Positions 63,977-64,000 of a stretch of 64,000 nucleotides of DNA are shown here, one piece after another. Numbering within the stretch: the stretch's first letter is position 1; each line of letters opens with the position of its first letter. The stretch is from Hydrolagus colliei (taxonomy: Eukaryota). Both the position numbers and the translations under genes were made by a program. The notes under the pieces are model-generated. The model was not told the DNA's origin. It saw only the letters and a program-made list of their open reading frames with translations, and did no database searches. Where the stretch lies: assembly GCA_035084275.1 (NCBI GenBank), contig CM068745.1:35092001-35156000 (forward strand). The letters are read 5' to 3'.

Positions 63977-64000
63977 CTGAAAAATAAAACAAAACTAGTA

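Overview
Eukaryotic (vertebrate) genomic DNA. The repeat landscape suggests a cartilaginous fish, possibly a holocephalan; this is an inference. The + strand carries a complete 12-exon RhoGAP gene, ARHGAP31/CdGAP (ATG 4896, stop 44259, 4251-nt CDS, 1416 aa, all introns GT-AG and in phase). The - strand carries the last five coding exons of the tetraspanin uroplakin-1b (UPK1B; 63976 to stop at 59337), convergent with ARHGAP31. The rest is intron and intergenic DNA with tRNA-derived SINEs, DeuSINE-like relics, L2 and CR1 LINE fragments, Penelope-like (GIY-YIG) elements, an R2-like relic and several MITEs (hAT, Tigger, Mutator-like). Most interesting: minimal hammerhead-ribozyme motifs in the Penelope terminal repeats; a repeated chimeric 'hammerhead pLTR + SINE tail' element; an R2-clade fragment outside rDNA; a telomere-repeat-bearing MITE; and a templated-insertion repair scar. 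Most short ORFs in the supplied track are spurious.
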